Positions 1-8,733 of a stretch of DNA of 64,000 nt are shown one piece after another. The notes beneath the pieces were generated by a model. It was not told the DNA's origin, did no database searches, and was given only the letters and a program-made list of their open reading frames with translations. The first letter of the stretch is position 1. Every line of letters starts with the position of its first letter. A program made the position numbers and the translations under genes. The DNA comes from Geopsychrobacteraceae bacterium. Lineage in GTDB: Bacteria; Desulfobacterota; Desulfuromonadia; Desulfuromonadales; Geopsychrobacteraceae. The stretch covers positions 1,344,001 to 1,408,000 of the forward strand of contig CAXXTB010000001.1 in the NCBI GenBank assembly GCA_963676795.2, read 5' to 3'.

Positions 1-298
1 TGCCGTTCAGTGAAATTTTCAGCATGGCTCTGTTGAGCTCGAGGTTCTGAACGGAGAGCTTTTTAGCTTTCTTTTTACTGATTGTTGCAACAATCGCCAG
101 GACGATGAGCACCAGAAGCAGCCCCCATACGGCCAGGTCGCCGAGCGTTGGCACCACGATTTGCTGGCTCTGTATTGTGCCCGTAGGCAGGCTGTTGACC
201 GGTTCCGGAGCTTTTGCGCAGATTTTTCCAGGGAACAGCAGGAGCTGGCTGCTGAATATGCAGAAACCGTAGATCGCAAAGCGTAGCGTACGCTTCAT
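1..298 (-). CDS. 5' part of a membrane protein running off the left edge (signal-like N-terminus, one TM helix; possibly a sensor/signalling protein)
   Basis: Own translation from ATG at 298: MKRTLRFAIYGFCIFSSQLLLFPGKICAK...VPTLGDLAVWGLLLVLIVLAIVATISKKKAKK..., open to the window edge; not in the ORF track. Confidence 0.6.
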   Translation of the reverse strand, partial: MKRTLRFAIYGFCIFSSQLLLFPGKICAKAPEPVNSLPTGTIQSQQIVVPTLGDLAVWGLLLVLIVLAIVATISKKKAKKLSVQNLELNRAMLKISLNG

Positions 299-668
299 GA
301 AGATAGACGGCCTGGTGACAATTTGATGATCAGCTTTAACGGGACACAAGTGAACCTCGCAGTGGGAAACCATTTGTTGGTTTCGGTCATCAAATAAAAC
401 TTAAGAAGTTTAAAACAGCTTTTTCAAAGTTCAGGTGTTTATACTCTAAAACATAAACAATTAGTCTAGATTAACAGTTTGGGGTTGTCAAGCGCTAGCC
501 GGAAAGGTTTTAGCAGCTTTGTTAAGGCAAGATGCCGGATGATTGATCTATATTGTCTGGACGTTAAGGCTTTCTATTCTAGACATGACCCGGAAGATCG
601 GTTAGAGTGCGGATACTATATATCCCGAATGGCGGGAAAATTATCAAAACAAAATGTAGGAGGAAAAT

Positions 669-836
669 ATGGCTTACGTGATTTCTGACGAATGTATCGC
701 TTGTGGCGCATGCCAGTCCACTTGCCCGGTTGATGCAATCAGCGAAGGTGATATCTATTCTATCGACGCTGCTGCTTGTACCGATTGCGGCGCTTGTGCT
801 GACGCTTGTCCGGTTGATGCAATTTCTCAGGCCTGA
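669..836 (+). CDS. Clostridial-type 2[4Fe-4S] ferredoxin, 55 aa (missed by ORF track)
   Basis: AGGAGG RBS; MAYVISDECIACGACQSTCPVDAISEGDIYSIDAAACTDCGACADACPVDAISQA with two CxxCxxCxxxCP motifs. Confidence 0.97.
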   Translation: MAYVISDECIACGACQSTCPVDAISEGDIYSIDAAACTDCGACADACPVDAISQA

Positions 837-860
837 TTTGGCTGAAGGATTTTGATCGAC

Positions 861-898
861 AAAAGCGGTGACTGTTTCAGCAGTTGCCGCTTTTTTTT
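861..898. terminator. Likely bidirectional intrinsic terminator
   Basis: AAAAGCGGTGACTG...CAGTTGCCGCTTTTTTTT between convergent genes. Confidence 0.8.
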
Positions 899-914
899 AG
901 GGCAGGGCTTAGGA

Positions 915-1778
915 TTATTCACTGGCGGATTTTGAAGCAGTGACTTTGACGCTGTATTCGGAAAGGTTGGCTGGCAGGTCTTTGAAGACTATGTCGAACG
1001 GGATTCTTTGATCCGGAGCAACCCGCATATTACTCAGTTCTGCGCCGAACTGATTGCCCATCATCTCTTCCAGTTTAGTGAAGGCGAGGCTGGTCAGGTC
1101 AGTGTCGTTGATCGGATTTCCGCAGAATACGGTTTTTTGCAGCAGGGGCTTTCCGTTGTGGTCGAAAATGACCCCTTTGACCTGCAGCCCCGCCCTGGGT
1201 TCCTTGAATTTGTTGATGGCCGCTCCCCTGATCAGAAAGAGTTCTCCGGCCTGTTCGTTCTGGACGAACTTGCCTTCAAGCTCATCCAGAACGATTTCAC
1301 CGGTTCTTACGGGTTGTTCGACATGTTGACCCAGTAATTGCTGTATCTTGCTGTTCAGGGCATCGGTTCCGTTCTGGAAAATATAAACCCCTGCGGCAAT
1401 GAGCAGAATGAGGATAATCAGCAGCAGGATTTTGATCAGAATTGTCAGCGCGCCGCCTTTTTTATCCGCAGCGACCGCATGCACGGCTCCTTCTGCAGAT
1501 GTTGATGCTCTGTCATCATCTGTTACCGCGAAACTCTGCTCCTCGGACAGAAGTGCCTTGTCCTGGCTGTTCAAGTCGCTACCGAAATTGAACGTCGATC
1601 TGTCATCCTGATTGTCAAGTTCCTGGAACTGTTCGTAGTTGAATTCAGTGTTGGCGGAAGAGTTGTCGATTGTGAAGACATGCTTGCAGCGTGCGCAGCG
1701 AACCTTGGCCTTTCCTTCCGGGAGCTTTTCCTGACTGATATTGAATTTTGTAGAACACTCGGGACAGACAATGATCAT
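915..1778 (-). CDS. Zinc-ribbon (MJ0042-like) + TM + DUF3426-like domain protein
   Basis: N-terminal CPEC...CARC zinc ribbon, acidic linker, one TM helix, C-terminal beta-rich domain; AAGGAG RBS favours the ATG at 1778. Confidence 0.8.
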   Translation of the reverse strand: MIIVCPECSTKFNISQEKLPEGKAKVRCARCKHVFTIDNSSANTEFNYEQFQELDNQDDRSTFNFGSDLNSQDKALLSEEQSFAVTDDDRASTSAEGAVHAVAADKKGGALTILIKILLLIILILLIAAGVYIFQNGTDALNSKIQQLLGQHVEQPVRTGEIVLDELEGKFVQNEQAGELFLIRGAAINKFKEPRAGLQVKGVIFDHNGKPLLQKTVFCGNPINDTDLTSLAFTKLEEMMGNQFGAELSNMRVAPDQRIPFDIVFKDLPANLSEYSVKVTASKSASE

Positions 1779-1867
1779 GGGCATCTCCTTTTCTGAATTA
1801 CATTTCATGCAGTTCTTTCCCTGCCCTGAATGAATCTGGCGAGGAGAAAGATCGTATCGGGCAGATG

Positions 1868-2395
1868 TTACTCTTCTATCAGGTATATGTCGGGAAGATC
1901 ACGATACTTTTCATCATAATCCAGGCCGTAACCAATAATAAAGCCGTCATCCATTGTCATTCCAACATAATCGGCCTCAATGTCAACTTCACGGCGGGCT
2001 TTTTTGTCAATCAGGGTACATATTTTCAAGGTTTTGGGTTCTTGAAGGAGCAGTTTGTTGTAAAGACAGTCCAGTGTGTAGCCGCTGTCGATGATGTCTT
2101 CGACAATGATCACATTGCGGTCTTTGATCGACATTTCAAGGTTTTTGCGAAATTCGACGAGGCCTGAAGTTTGAGTCCCTGCGCCATAGCTGGCCAGGCG
2201 GACAAAGTCGATGAGGGCTGGAACTTCAATGGCGCGAATCAGGTCCGCAACAAATAAAAAGGAGCCTTTAAGGACTCCGATCAGCATCACCTCTTGCCCG
2301 GCGAAGTCCCGGCTTATTTCCTGACCGAGGCGTTCGACTTCAGCAGCAATGCTGTCCCTTGAAAAAAGGACCTTGCGTTCACGTGATTCGATCAT
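1868..2395 (-). CDS. hpt: Hypoxanthine phosphoribosyltransferase
   Basis: GVLKGS, PRPP-binding motif VIIVEDIIDSGYTL, C-terminal GYGLDYDEKYRDLP; start trimmed to MIESRE. Confidence 0.95.
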   Translation of the reverse strand: MIESRERKVLFSRDSIAAEVERLGQEISRDFAGQEVMLIGVLKGSFLFVADLIRAIEVPALIDFVRLASYGAGTQTSGLVEFRKNLEMSIKDRNVIIVEDIIDSGYTLDCLYNKLLLQEPKTLKICTLIDKKARREVDIEADYVGMTMDDGFIIGYGLDYDEKYRDLPDIYLIEE

Positions 2396-2554
2396 GAATG
2401 AATGTTCTCCTGTCGCTTGAAAATACAGGGTTCTATAACAGGAAGATAGCTGAAAAGTCAATTTGTATCCACCTTTCCCAGGGATGTTTTCTCTGTGTCT
2501 CTGTGTTATAATCGAGATGTTTGTTTTGTTCATGATATTTGGAGGGTCGTCAGT

Positions 2555-3235
2555 ATGTATCGCGTTCTTGTTGTTATGCTGTTGCTATGTTCCCCGCTGA
2601 CTGTCTTTGCAGCGCCAGCCATTGTTGTCGATAACCTGAAATACGATTTTGGACAGGTCACTCAATCTGAACAAGTCGAAACGGTCTATCGCTTTCAAAA
2701 TAGCGGTGATGAGGTGCTGGTCATCAGTCAGGTCCGCAGCTCATGTGGCTGTACGGCGGCGCTGCTGACTCAGTCCCGACTCGAACCTGGTGCTGTCGGC
2801 GAGTTGAAGGTCCGGTTCGACTCCAGTGGTTTTAGAGGGGCTGTCCATAAATATATCAGTTTCAATACCAATGATCCCAGGCATGCAACGCTGACATTCG
2901 ATTTGCAGGGGACCGTTATGGCGCCCTTTTATGTCGCTCCGGACAAGGTCAATTGGGGGAGGGTGGCAGCAGGAACCCCCTTGTCTGCCAGCTTGAAAAT
3001 CGTCAATGCTTCTGGTCAGGCCGTGACCCTGTCTGCCCCGGAAACGACTCTGCCCCAGTTGCACCTGACCATCGACAAGCTCATTCTTGCCCCCGGTGAG
3101 GAGGCCTTGCTGAATCTTGAATCTGTTTTTCCGCAAGACCAGAAACGTCTGGCCGGTTACGTCATAGTCAGGTCCGATTTTTCCCAGTTGCCAATGTTGA
3201 AAATACCAGTATCTGCGCGTTTGCAAGCGAATTAG
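2555..3235 (+). CDS. Exported DUF1573-family Ig-like protein
   Basis: Signal peptide, YDFG...F.N.G...L.I..V.SSCGCT motif; GGAGG RBS. Confidence 0.8.
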   Translation: MYRVLVVMLLLCSPLTVFAAPAIVVDNLKYDFGQVTQSEQVETVYRFQNSGDEVLVISQVRSSCGCTAALLTQSRLEPGAVGELKVRFDSSGFRGAVHKYISFNTNDPRHATLTFDLQGTVMAPFYVAPDKVNWGRVAAGTPLSASLKIVNASGQAVTLSAPETTLPQLHLTIDKLILAPGEEALLNLESVFPQDQKRLAGYVIVRSDFSQLPMLKIPVSARLQAN

Positions 3236-3254
3236 TCTGTTCAGGGAGGAGATC

Positions 3255-3689
3255 ATGAGTGAATCGTCAACCCATTCCCAAGAAAGGCGTACCTTTCTTG
3301 GGATGATCCTTGGTGGCATTGGGGTGGTTATTGCCGCCTCTTTCGTTTGGCCACTGTTCCGTTACCTGTCGCCACCAGCCAGAGCGGAGGGGGGTGATAA
3401 GGTTTCGGTCGCGAAAGGTGATGTGCCGATCGGTGGCTCGCTGCTTTTTTCATATCAGGGCAAGCCCGCTGTCGTCCTGCAGCCGAAAGCGGGCGAGTTT
3501 GTCGCATTGAGCGCCGTCTGTACACATCTGGGCTGCATCGTCAAGTGGGTGCCTGACAGCCAGGAGTTCCTCTGCCCATGTCATGCCGGACGGTTCAGTG
3601 CCAACGGCCAGGTTATTGGCGGGCCTCCTCCGGAAGCCCTGGCTTCGTACACTGTTGTCGTTGATGGCGACAATCTTCTGATCGGTTAG
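3255..3689 (+). CDS. Rieske 2Fe-2S subunit of a bc-type complex
   Basis: Tat-like RRTFL plus TM helix; CTHLGC and CPCH boxes. Confidence 0.95.
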   Translation: MSESSTHSQERRTFLGMILGGIGVVIAASFVWPLFRYLSPPARAEGGDKVSVAKGDVPIGGSLLFSYQGKPAVVLQPKAGEFVALSAVCTHLGCIVKWVPDSQEFLCPCHAGRFSANGQVIGGPPPEALASYTVVVDGDNLLIG

Positions 3690-3700
3690 GGGCGGTGGCT

Positions 3701-4801
3701 ATGAACGTGCAAAAGGAAGTGGTTGATTGGCTGGACCGGCGGATCGGTATCAGGGAGATCATGCACAGCAATATGCAGGGTTACCTTCTGCCGAAGAATG
3801 TCAATATCTGGTACACGCTTGGCTCGGTACTGATAGCCCTGTTTGCGCTGCAGTTTCTGACCGGCATTCTGCTGCTTGTCTATTATGTCCCCGATACCGA
3901 AAAAGCCTTTGCCAGTGTTACGAAAATCATGAATGAGGTTCCTTACGGGTGGTTGATCCGCTATCTGCATGTTGTCGGTTCGAACCTGATCATTGTCTTT
4001 TTGCTGCTGCATATGCTCTCTGTTCTGTTTATGGGCAGCTATAAGCGGCCGCGCGAGCTGACCTGGCTCTCCGGATTTACCATTCTTAACCTTGGTTTTG
4101 CTTTCTGCCTGACCGGTTACCTGCTCCCCTGGAGTCAACTGTCCTTCTGGGCGACAACCGTTGCGACCGATGCCGCCGGAGCCATCCCTTTCATTGGGGA
4201 AAAGCTGGTCGAATTTCTGCGCGGCGGGCCAACCGTCGGGTCGGCGACGCTCGGACGTTTTTTTGCCCTGCATGTCATGGGACTGCCGATGGTTTTTCTC
4301 GGTCTGGTTGGCTTTCACCTGTTCTGTGTGCGTCGTATCGGCATTTCGCAACCCCCATTCGGTGATGATTATCGTCCGGCTGAACCTGCTCTGAGCTTTC
4401 ACCATGAAGAACACCCGGGTGGTGTGCCTTTCCATCCGAACTATACGGTCAAGGATATGGCCGTGGTCTTTTTCGCCCTGGCCTTGCTGGTTTTTATTAC
4501 CTTCTTCACGCCGTGGATCTTTATCCCGCCGGAGGCACTTGAAGCGGCAGATCCTTTTACGACACCCGCACATATCAAGCCTGAATGGTATTTCCTCTGG
4601 GCTTATCAGACCCTGAAGATTTTCCCGAGCGAACTGCTCGGCTTGGCGTCGCAGGTCGTTGTGATGACGCTGATCGCATTGTTGCCGTTTTATGATCGAA
4701 GTCTGGAGCGTCGTCCGGCAAAGCGTCCCGTGTTTGTTTCGATCTATGTGCTGGTTATCCTGCTGTTTGTCGGTCTCTCGATCTGGGGGCATTACTCATG
4801 A
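3701..4801 (+). CDS. Cytochrome b (b6 and subunit IV fused)
   Basis: GWLIRYLH, TGYLLPW.Q.S.W, RFFALH and PEWY motifs. Confidence 0.95.
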   Translation: MNVQKEVVDWLDRRIGIREIMHSNMQGYLLPKNVNIWYTLGSVLIALFALQFLTGILLLVYYVPDTEKAFASVTKIMNEVPYGWLIRYLHVVGSNLIIVFLLLHMLSVLFMGSYKRPRELTWLSGFTILNLGFAFCLTGYLLPWSQLSFWATTVATDAAGAIPFIGEKLVEFLRGGPTVGSATLGRFFALHVMGLPMVFLGLVGFHLFCVRRIGISQPPFGDDYRPAEPALSFHHEEHPGGVPFHPNYTVKDMAVVFFALALLVFITFFTPWIFIPPEALEAADPFTTPAHIKPEWYFLWAYQTLKIFPSELLGLASQVVVMTLIALLPFYDRSLERRPAKRPVFVSIYVLVILLFVGLSIWGHYS

Positions 4802-5610
4802 AAAAGATATTGATCCTAACGACGCTTTTTCTTGTTTCGGCTCTGGCTGGTGCTCAATGGGGATTTGCCGCAGAGGATACGGTCTGTATCCAGTGTCATG
4901 GTGGTCTGGACGGAAGGTTGTCAGCGCCGGTTGAACAGTGGCAGACCAGCGTGCATCACGCCAACGGAATCTCCTGCCATGACTGTCACGGGGGGGACCC
5001 GACCGATTTCGAGCTGGCGATGTCGCCCGAGCGCGGGTTTATCGGTGTTCCTGAATATGAGGCTGTCCCTGATTTCTGCGGGCGTTGCCATATCGGGGTG
5101 AAGGAGGACTATCTGGTCAGTGCTCACGGGCAGGCTATTGAGGTCGGCGGTGCCCAGTGCGTGACCTGCCATGGAAATCACGCGGTGCAGAAGGCCGGCA
5201 TCTATCTGATCAACGAAGAAAGCTGTTCCCGTTGTCACGATTATGAACGTGCGGAAAAAGTGAAAGCTGTGATCAGTGAAACCGAAGAACGCCTGGTGTC
5301 TCTTGAAGCCTCTATCGCTTCTCTCTATCGAGTGGGTATCGATACGGAGGAGCTTGAAGCCGGTCTGTTTTCTTCACGAAATTCCTTCCGCAGGGTGTTC
5401 CATTCCGTCAACATGGACAGAATCAAGGCACAATTGGCCGAGTTCGATGGCGAGTTGACGGAAACGGCCGACAAGGTTGCTGCATACGAAGCTTCGCTCG
5501 GCCAGCGTAAGCTGGTCGGGGGCGTCATTGTGCTGCTGTTGCTGCTTGGGGGGTGTATCGCGATGATCATGCGGCGCAGTTATCACCAGCAGGAGCGGGA
5601 TGGGAAATAG
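4798..5610 (+). CDS. Pentaheme c-type cytochrome with C-terminal membrane anchor
   Basis: Signal peptide; five CxxCH motifs (CIQCH, CHDCH, CGRCH, CVTCH, CSRCH); coiled-coil-like segment and TM tail. Confidence 0.93.
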   Translation: MKKILILTTLFLVSALAGAQWGFAAEDTVCIQCHGGLDGRLSAPVEQWQTSVHHANGISCHDCHGGDPTDFELAMSPERGFIGVPEYEAVPDFCGRCHIGVKEDYLVSAHGQAIEVGGAQCVTCHGNHAVQKAGIYLINEESCSRCHDYERAEKVKAVISETEERLVSLEASIASLYRVGIDTEELEAGLFSSRNSFRRVFHSVNMDRIKAQLAEFDGELTETADKVAAYEASLGQRKLVGGVIVLLLLLGGCIAMIMRRSYHQQERDGK

Positions 5611-5631
5611 TCCCAGTTTTCCTTGCAGATT

Positions 5632-5661
5632 AAAAAAGGCGGCAGTATGGCTGCCTTTTTT
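5632..5661 (+). terminator. Intrinsic terminator of the Rieske/cyt b/cyt c operon
   Basis: AAAAAAGGCGGC-AGTATG-GCTGCCTTTTTT. Confidence 0.8.
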
Positions 5662-5773
5662 AATCAATCTCTAACCTGATTCTCATTATGTATACACGGC
5701 CAGTCGTTAGATTCCGTAAAAATAACGAAAGGAATCTTATATGTATAATGCAGCAGATAGAGAGAAGGGGTTG

Positions 5774-5977
5774 ATGGTGCGGGAGATGGGCTGTCCTTAC
5801 TATTGTAAAAAGTCTGCTACCTGTCAGGTCAATGCCGGCGCTTCGGTAGTGAAACGAAAAATTGTCAATTTCTGTAGTGGGGAAGATTACGATTTTTGTC
5901 CGACCTACCTTGGTTATATGCTTGCTCACAGTCGACCGATGAGGGCTGACAGCGACTGGCTCGATTGTTCCCGCTGA
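5774..5977 (+). CDS. Small Cys-rich hypothetical protein
   Basis: CPYYC...C...FCSGEDYDFCP pattern; purine-rich RBS; start may be 5774 or 5786. Confidence 0.55.
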   Translation: MVREMGCPYYCKKSATCQVNAGASVVKRKIVNFCSGEDYDFCPTYLGYMLAHSRPMRADSDWLDCSR

Positions 5978-6138
5978 GAGCTAATCTTCCAGATTCCTCT
6001 GTAGCCTGCGACCGATGAAAAGGCCGCAGGCTGCTCCGCAAACCCCTGCCAGATACCCTGTCATAATTCCTCCGGAAATGCCAAGTTTCCAGCCTATGGT
6101 TGCGCCGACACTGACTGAGATGACGAGAATGAGCGGTT

Positions 6139-7020
6139 TCAGCATGGTTTGTCTTTTGCCACAAAAATAGTCATTTCAAAAACTTCTCCATCTGACAGGT
6201 AGACAGGGATTATCATGCCCATAAGATTTTTGTCTGCTTCGGTTTCGGTTGCCGCACTGGTGGGCTTGAATTGTGCGGGAGTAATGTCGATGTCGTAGCC
6301 GAGTTGGGTCGCTTTGCTGGCTATATTACCGCAGGTCAAATTGATGAAGGCCAAGAGGGAGTCATCAAGGTTCTGGCCCAGATCAGGATCCTGGCTGTTC
6401 TCTTTGAGGATGGCCTGGGCAATCATTTTCCGTCCGGAGTCTGAAAGTGTGACCAGGAAGCGAGCTGAAACTGTCCCGGAAAAGCCCATCTCAACGACAA
6501 CCGGTTTCTCCGGTAGTTTGTCTGTGCTGACGCACTGGCCTGTGCGGTTGGGGAGGCCGGCGAGGCGCGTTAGCATTTTACAGGTCTGGTCTGCAACAAT
6601 TTCCCAGACCGGCGGGCAGGGAATGTCGGGCAGGATGGTGATTTTTTCAGTCAGATAACTGCTCTGCTCGACATTGAAATCACTCAGGGCTTTTTCCATC
6701 TGATCTTCAGGCAGGGCACCGATTTTGACCAGCGCCTGGCCGATGAAGAGGTGGTTGCTCCGCTGTTGATGGAGCAGGTGTTTGACCTGCTCATGGTTCA
6801 GATATCCCATCTCAACGGCCATTTCACCAAACTGGAGATCCTTCCGGCGCTGGGCCTGGTGGACTTTTTCTGCCTGGGCTTTGGTCATCAGGCCGAGGCT
6901 GATAACCAGATCCCCAAAGCGCAGATTGGTCCGCTCCTGCAGATCGATAGCGTTGAGCAAGTCTTTTGCCGTTATCAGCTTTCGTTCCAGCAGAAATTGA
7001 CCGAAAAACTTGATACTCAT
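6139..7020 (-). CDS. CheX-like protein with N-terminal MshEN-like helical repeats
   Basis: Four xFGxxxxxxGxxxxxxxxxxxxxQ-type repeats, then a CheX-like region (FINLTCGN, IDITPA). Confidence 0.7.
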   Translation of the reverse strand: MSIKFFGQFLLERKLITAKDLLNAIDLQERTNLRFGDLVISLGLMTKAQAEKVHQAQRRKDLQFGEMAVEMGYLNHEQVKHLLHQQRSNHLFIGQALVKIGALPEDQMEKALSDFNVEQSSYLTEKITILPDIPCPPVWEIVADQTCKMLTRLAGLPNRTGQCVSTDKLPEKPVVVEMGFSGTVSARFLVTLSDSGRKMIAQAILKENSQDPDLGQNLDDSLLAFINLTCGNIASKATQLGYDIDITPAQFKPTSAATETEADKNLMGMIIPVYLSDGEVFEMTIFVAKDKPC

Positions 7021-7114
7021 CGGGGTATGCCTCTTTCCGAAGAAATAACTAGAACCGAAAGATAAGATTTCTGATTGCAATCGCTACGCTAATGGCGTAT
7101 AAACTACAGCCCAT

Positions 7115-7191
<77 letters not shown>

Positions 7192-7199
7192 AGAATTCT

Positions 7200-7235
7200 A
7201 ACGGGTTAGCAATTTGTTGCCAACCCGTTTTTTTT
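7200..7235 (+). terminator. Terminator after the tRNA
   Basis: AACGGGTTAGCAA...TTGCCAACCCGTT followed by a T-tract. Confidence 0.75.
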
Positions 7236-7690
7236 GTTTTATATCGATTGACTTTACTCCCCTGTCTTGAATTCTCGCCACCGTGAAGCTGAATCAATTT
7301 TTGAGCATGTGCCACTTTCGGAACTTATCTGGGATGCCCAGTCTCTAGATATTTATTTTGAACAAGCTGAGGTCTGTTTTCCAGATTTCCCTTTTTCTGG
7401 GCCTTCTGAACCTGTCCGCGGGGCTTGTAGTTCCGACCTCCCGACGACATCAACCGTGCAAGGGGGAGCTGAAGTTCGCCTCTTAATACCCGGAATACAA
7501 TGGTCCGTCGGGAATTTTTCCCCGAATGATGGAAAAAGCTGAGTCTTTGGTGTACATTGTTGTGTAAAATACGTACGCATGTACAAAGTATGTCATAGTC
7601 CAGATGTCACGCGTTTATTGAGATTGTCCTTTTAAAAGATCAAACAAATGAGCCAATCGCTCGTAGTGCTGAGTCAGCAAGGAGTCTGGT

Positions 7691-8581
7691 ATGTTTAAGC
7701 AGATTACATTTATCGGCATGGGAGAAGCGGGTGGTGCCATCGTCAGTGGCTGGGGAGATGCTCAAAAAGGCAAAATTTTGGCTTATGATACCAAAACAGA
7801 CAACCCGGAAACGGCTGTCGCTATGCATGACCGCTATCGTGAACTGGAGATCAGGGGCTGTTTGAGTTCGGCAGAAGCTGTGGCTGAGGCAGAGATTGTT
7901 TTTTCTACGGTTACCGCGGACCAGGCAGTTGTTGCTGCTGAAGCGGCGGCCCCGTATATCCCTGAAGGCCTTATCTGGTGCGATCTCAATTCCTGTGCAC
8001 CTTCTTCCAAGCAGAAAGCTGCTGCCATTATAGAGGCTGCTGGAGGATATTACATCGATGTTGCCGTCATGTCTCCGGTCTTTCCGAAAAAAAATCTTGT
8101 CCCTTTGCTGATCGCCGGTGCCTATGCGGAAAAGGTTGCGCCCATGCTCGCTTCCCTACCGATGGCCCCTCGCTATGTTGGTGTGCGGGTAGGGGCGGCT
8201 TCATCGATAAAGATGGTGCGTTCGATTATGGTCAAGGGGCTTGAGGCGCTGACCTCTGAATGCTTGCTGGCTGCTGTTGCTGCCGGGGTTGAGGGTGAAG
8301 TGCTGGCTTCATTAAACGCCAGCCATCCCGGAATCAAGTGGGATGCTCAGGCGGCCTATAATTTTGAACGGGCGATGGTTCATGGCAAACGTCGTGCCTC
8401 TGAAATGGACGAGGTTGTCAAGATGCTGGGCGATTTAAAACTTCCGTCGGATATGGCCGGTGCGACGGTGCTTTGGCAGCGACGGATCGCCGAAGCGGGG
8501 GTTGAGCCGCCGCGAGACCCTGTCGAGCTGGGGGCAAAGGCTGTCGCCGAATCCCTTTTGCCAGAGATTCAAAATAGCTAG
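7691..8581 (+). CDS. NAD(P)-dependent beta-hydroxyacid dehydrogenase-like oxidoreductase with DUF1932-like C-terminus
   Basis: FIGMGEAG Rossmann motif, DLNSCAP..K, YIDVAVMSPV, KMVRSIMVKGLEAL, HGKRRASEMDEV. Confidence 0.85.
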   Translation: MFKQITFIGMGEAGGAIVSGWGDAQKGKILAYDTKTDNPETAVAMHDRYRELEIRGCLSSAEAVAEAEIVFSTVTADQAVVAAEAAAPYIPEGLIWCDLNSCAPSSKQKAAAIIEAAGGYYIDVAVMSPVFPKKNLVPLLIAGAYAEKVAPMLASLPMAPRYVGVRVGAASSIKMVRSIMVKGLEALTSECLLAAVAAGVEGEVLASLNASHPGIKWDAQAAYNFERAMVHGKRRASEMDEVVKMLGDLKLPSDMAGATVLWQRRIAEAGVEPPRDPVELGAKAVAESLLPEIQNS

Positions 8582-8733
8582 CGAATCAGAACGCTGAAAA
8601 AAATATTGCAGTGCATTGCACGGCTATGCCGCTTATTGGGTCCGCCGTGAGTTGTCGGGAATAACATTACTGAATTCTGTTTTTAGAGCATAGACGCTCC
8701 GGGCCTTTCAGGGTCCAGGAAAGGACAGGCGCA

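Noticed and set aside
479..688. 69-aa ORF from the track
   Set aside because: Overlaps the RBS and start of the clear ferredoxin gene in another frame; no motif
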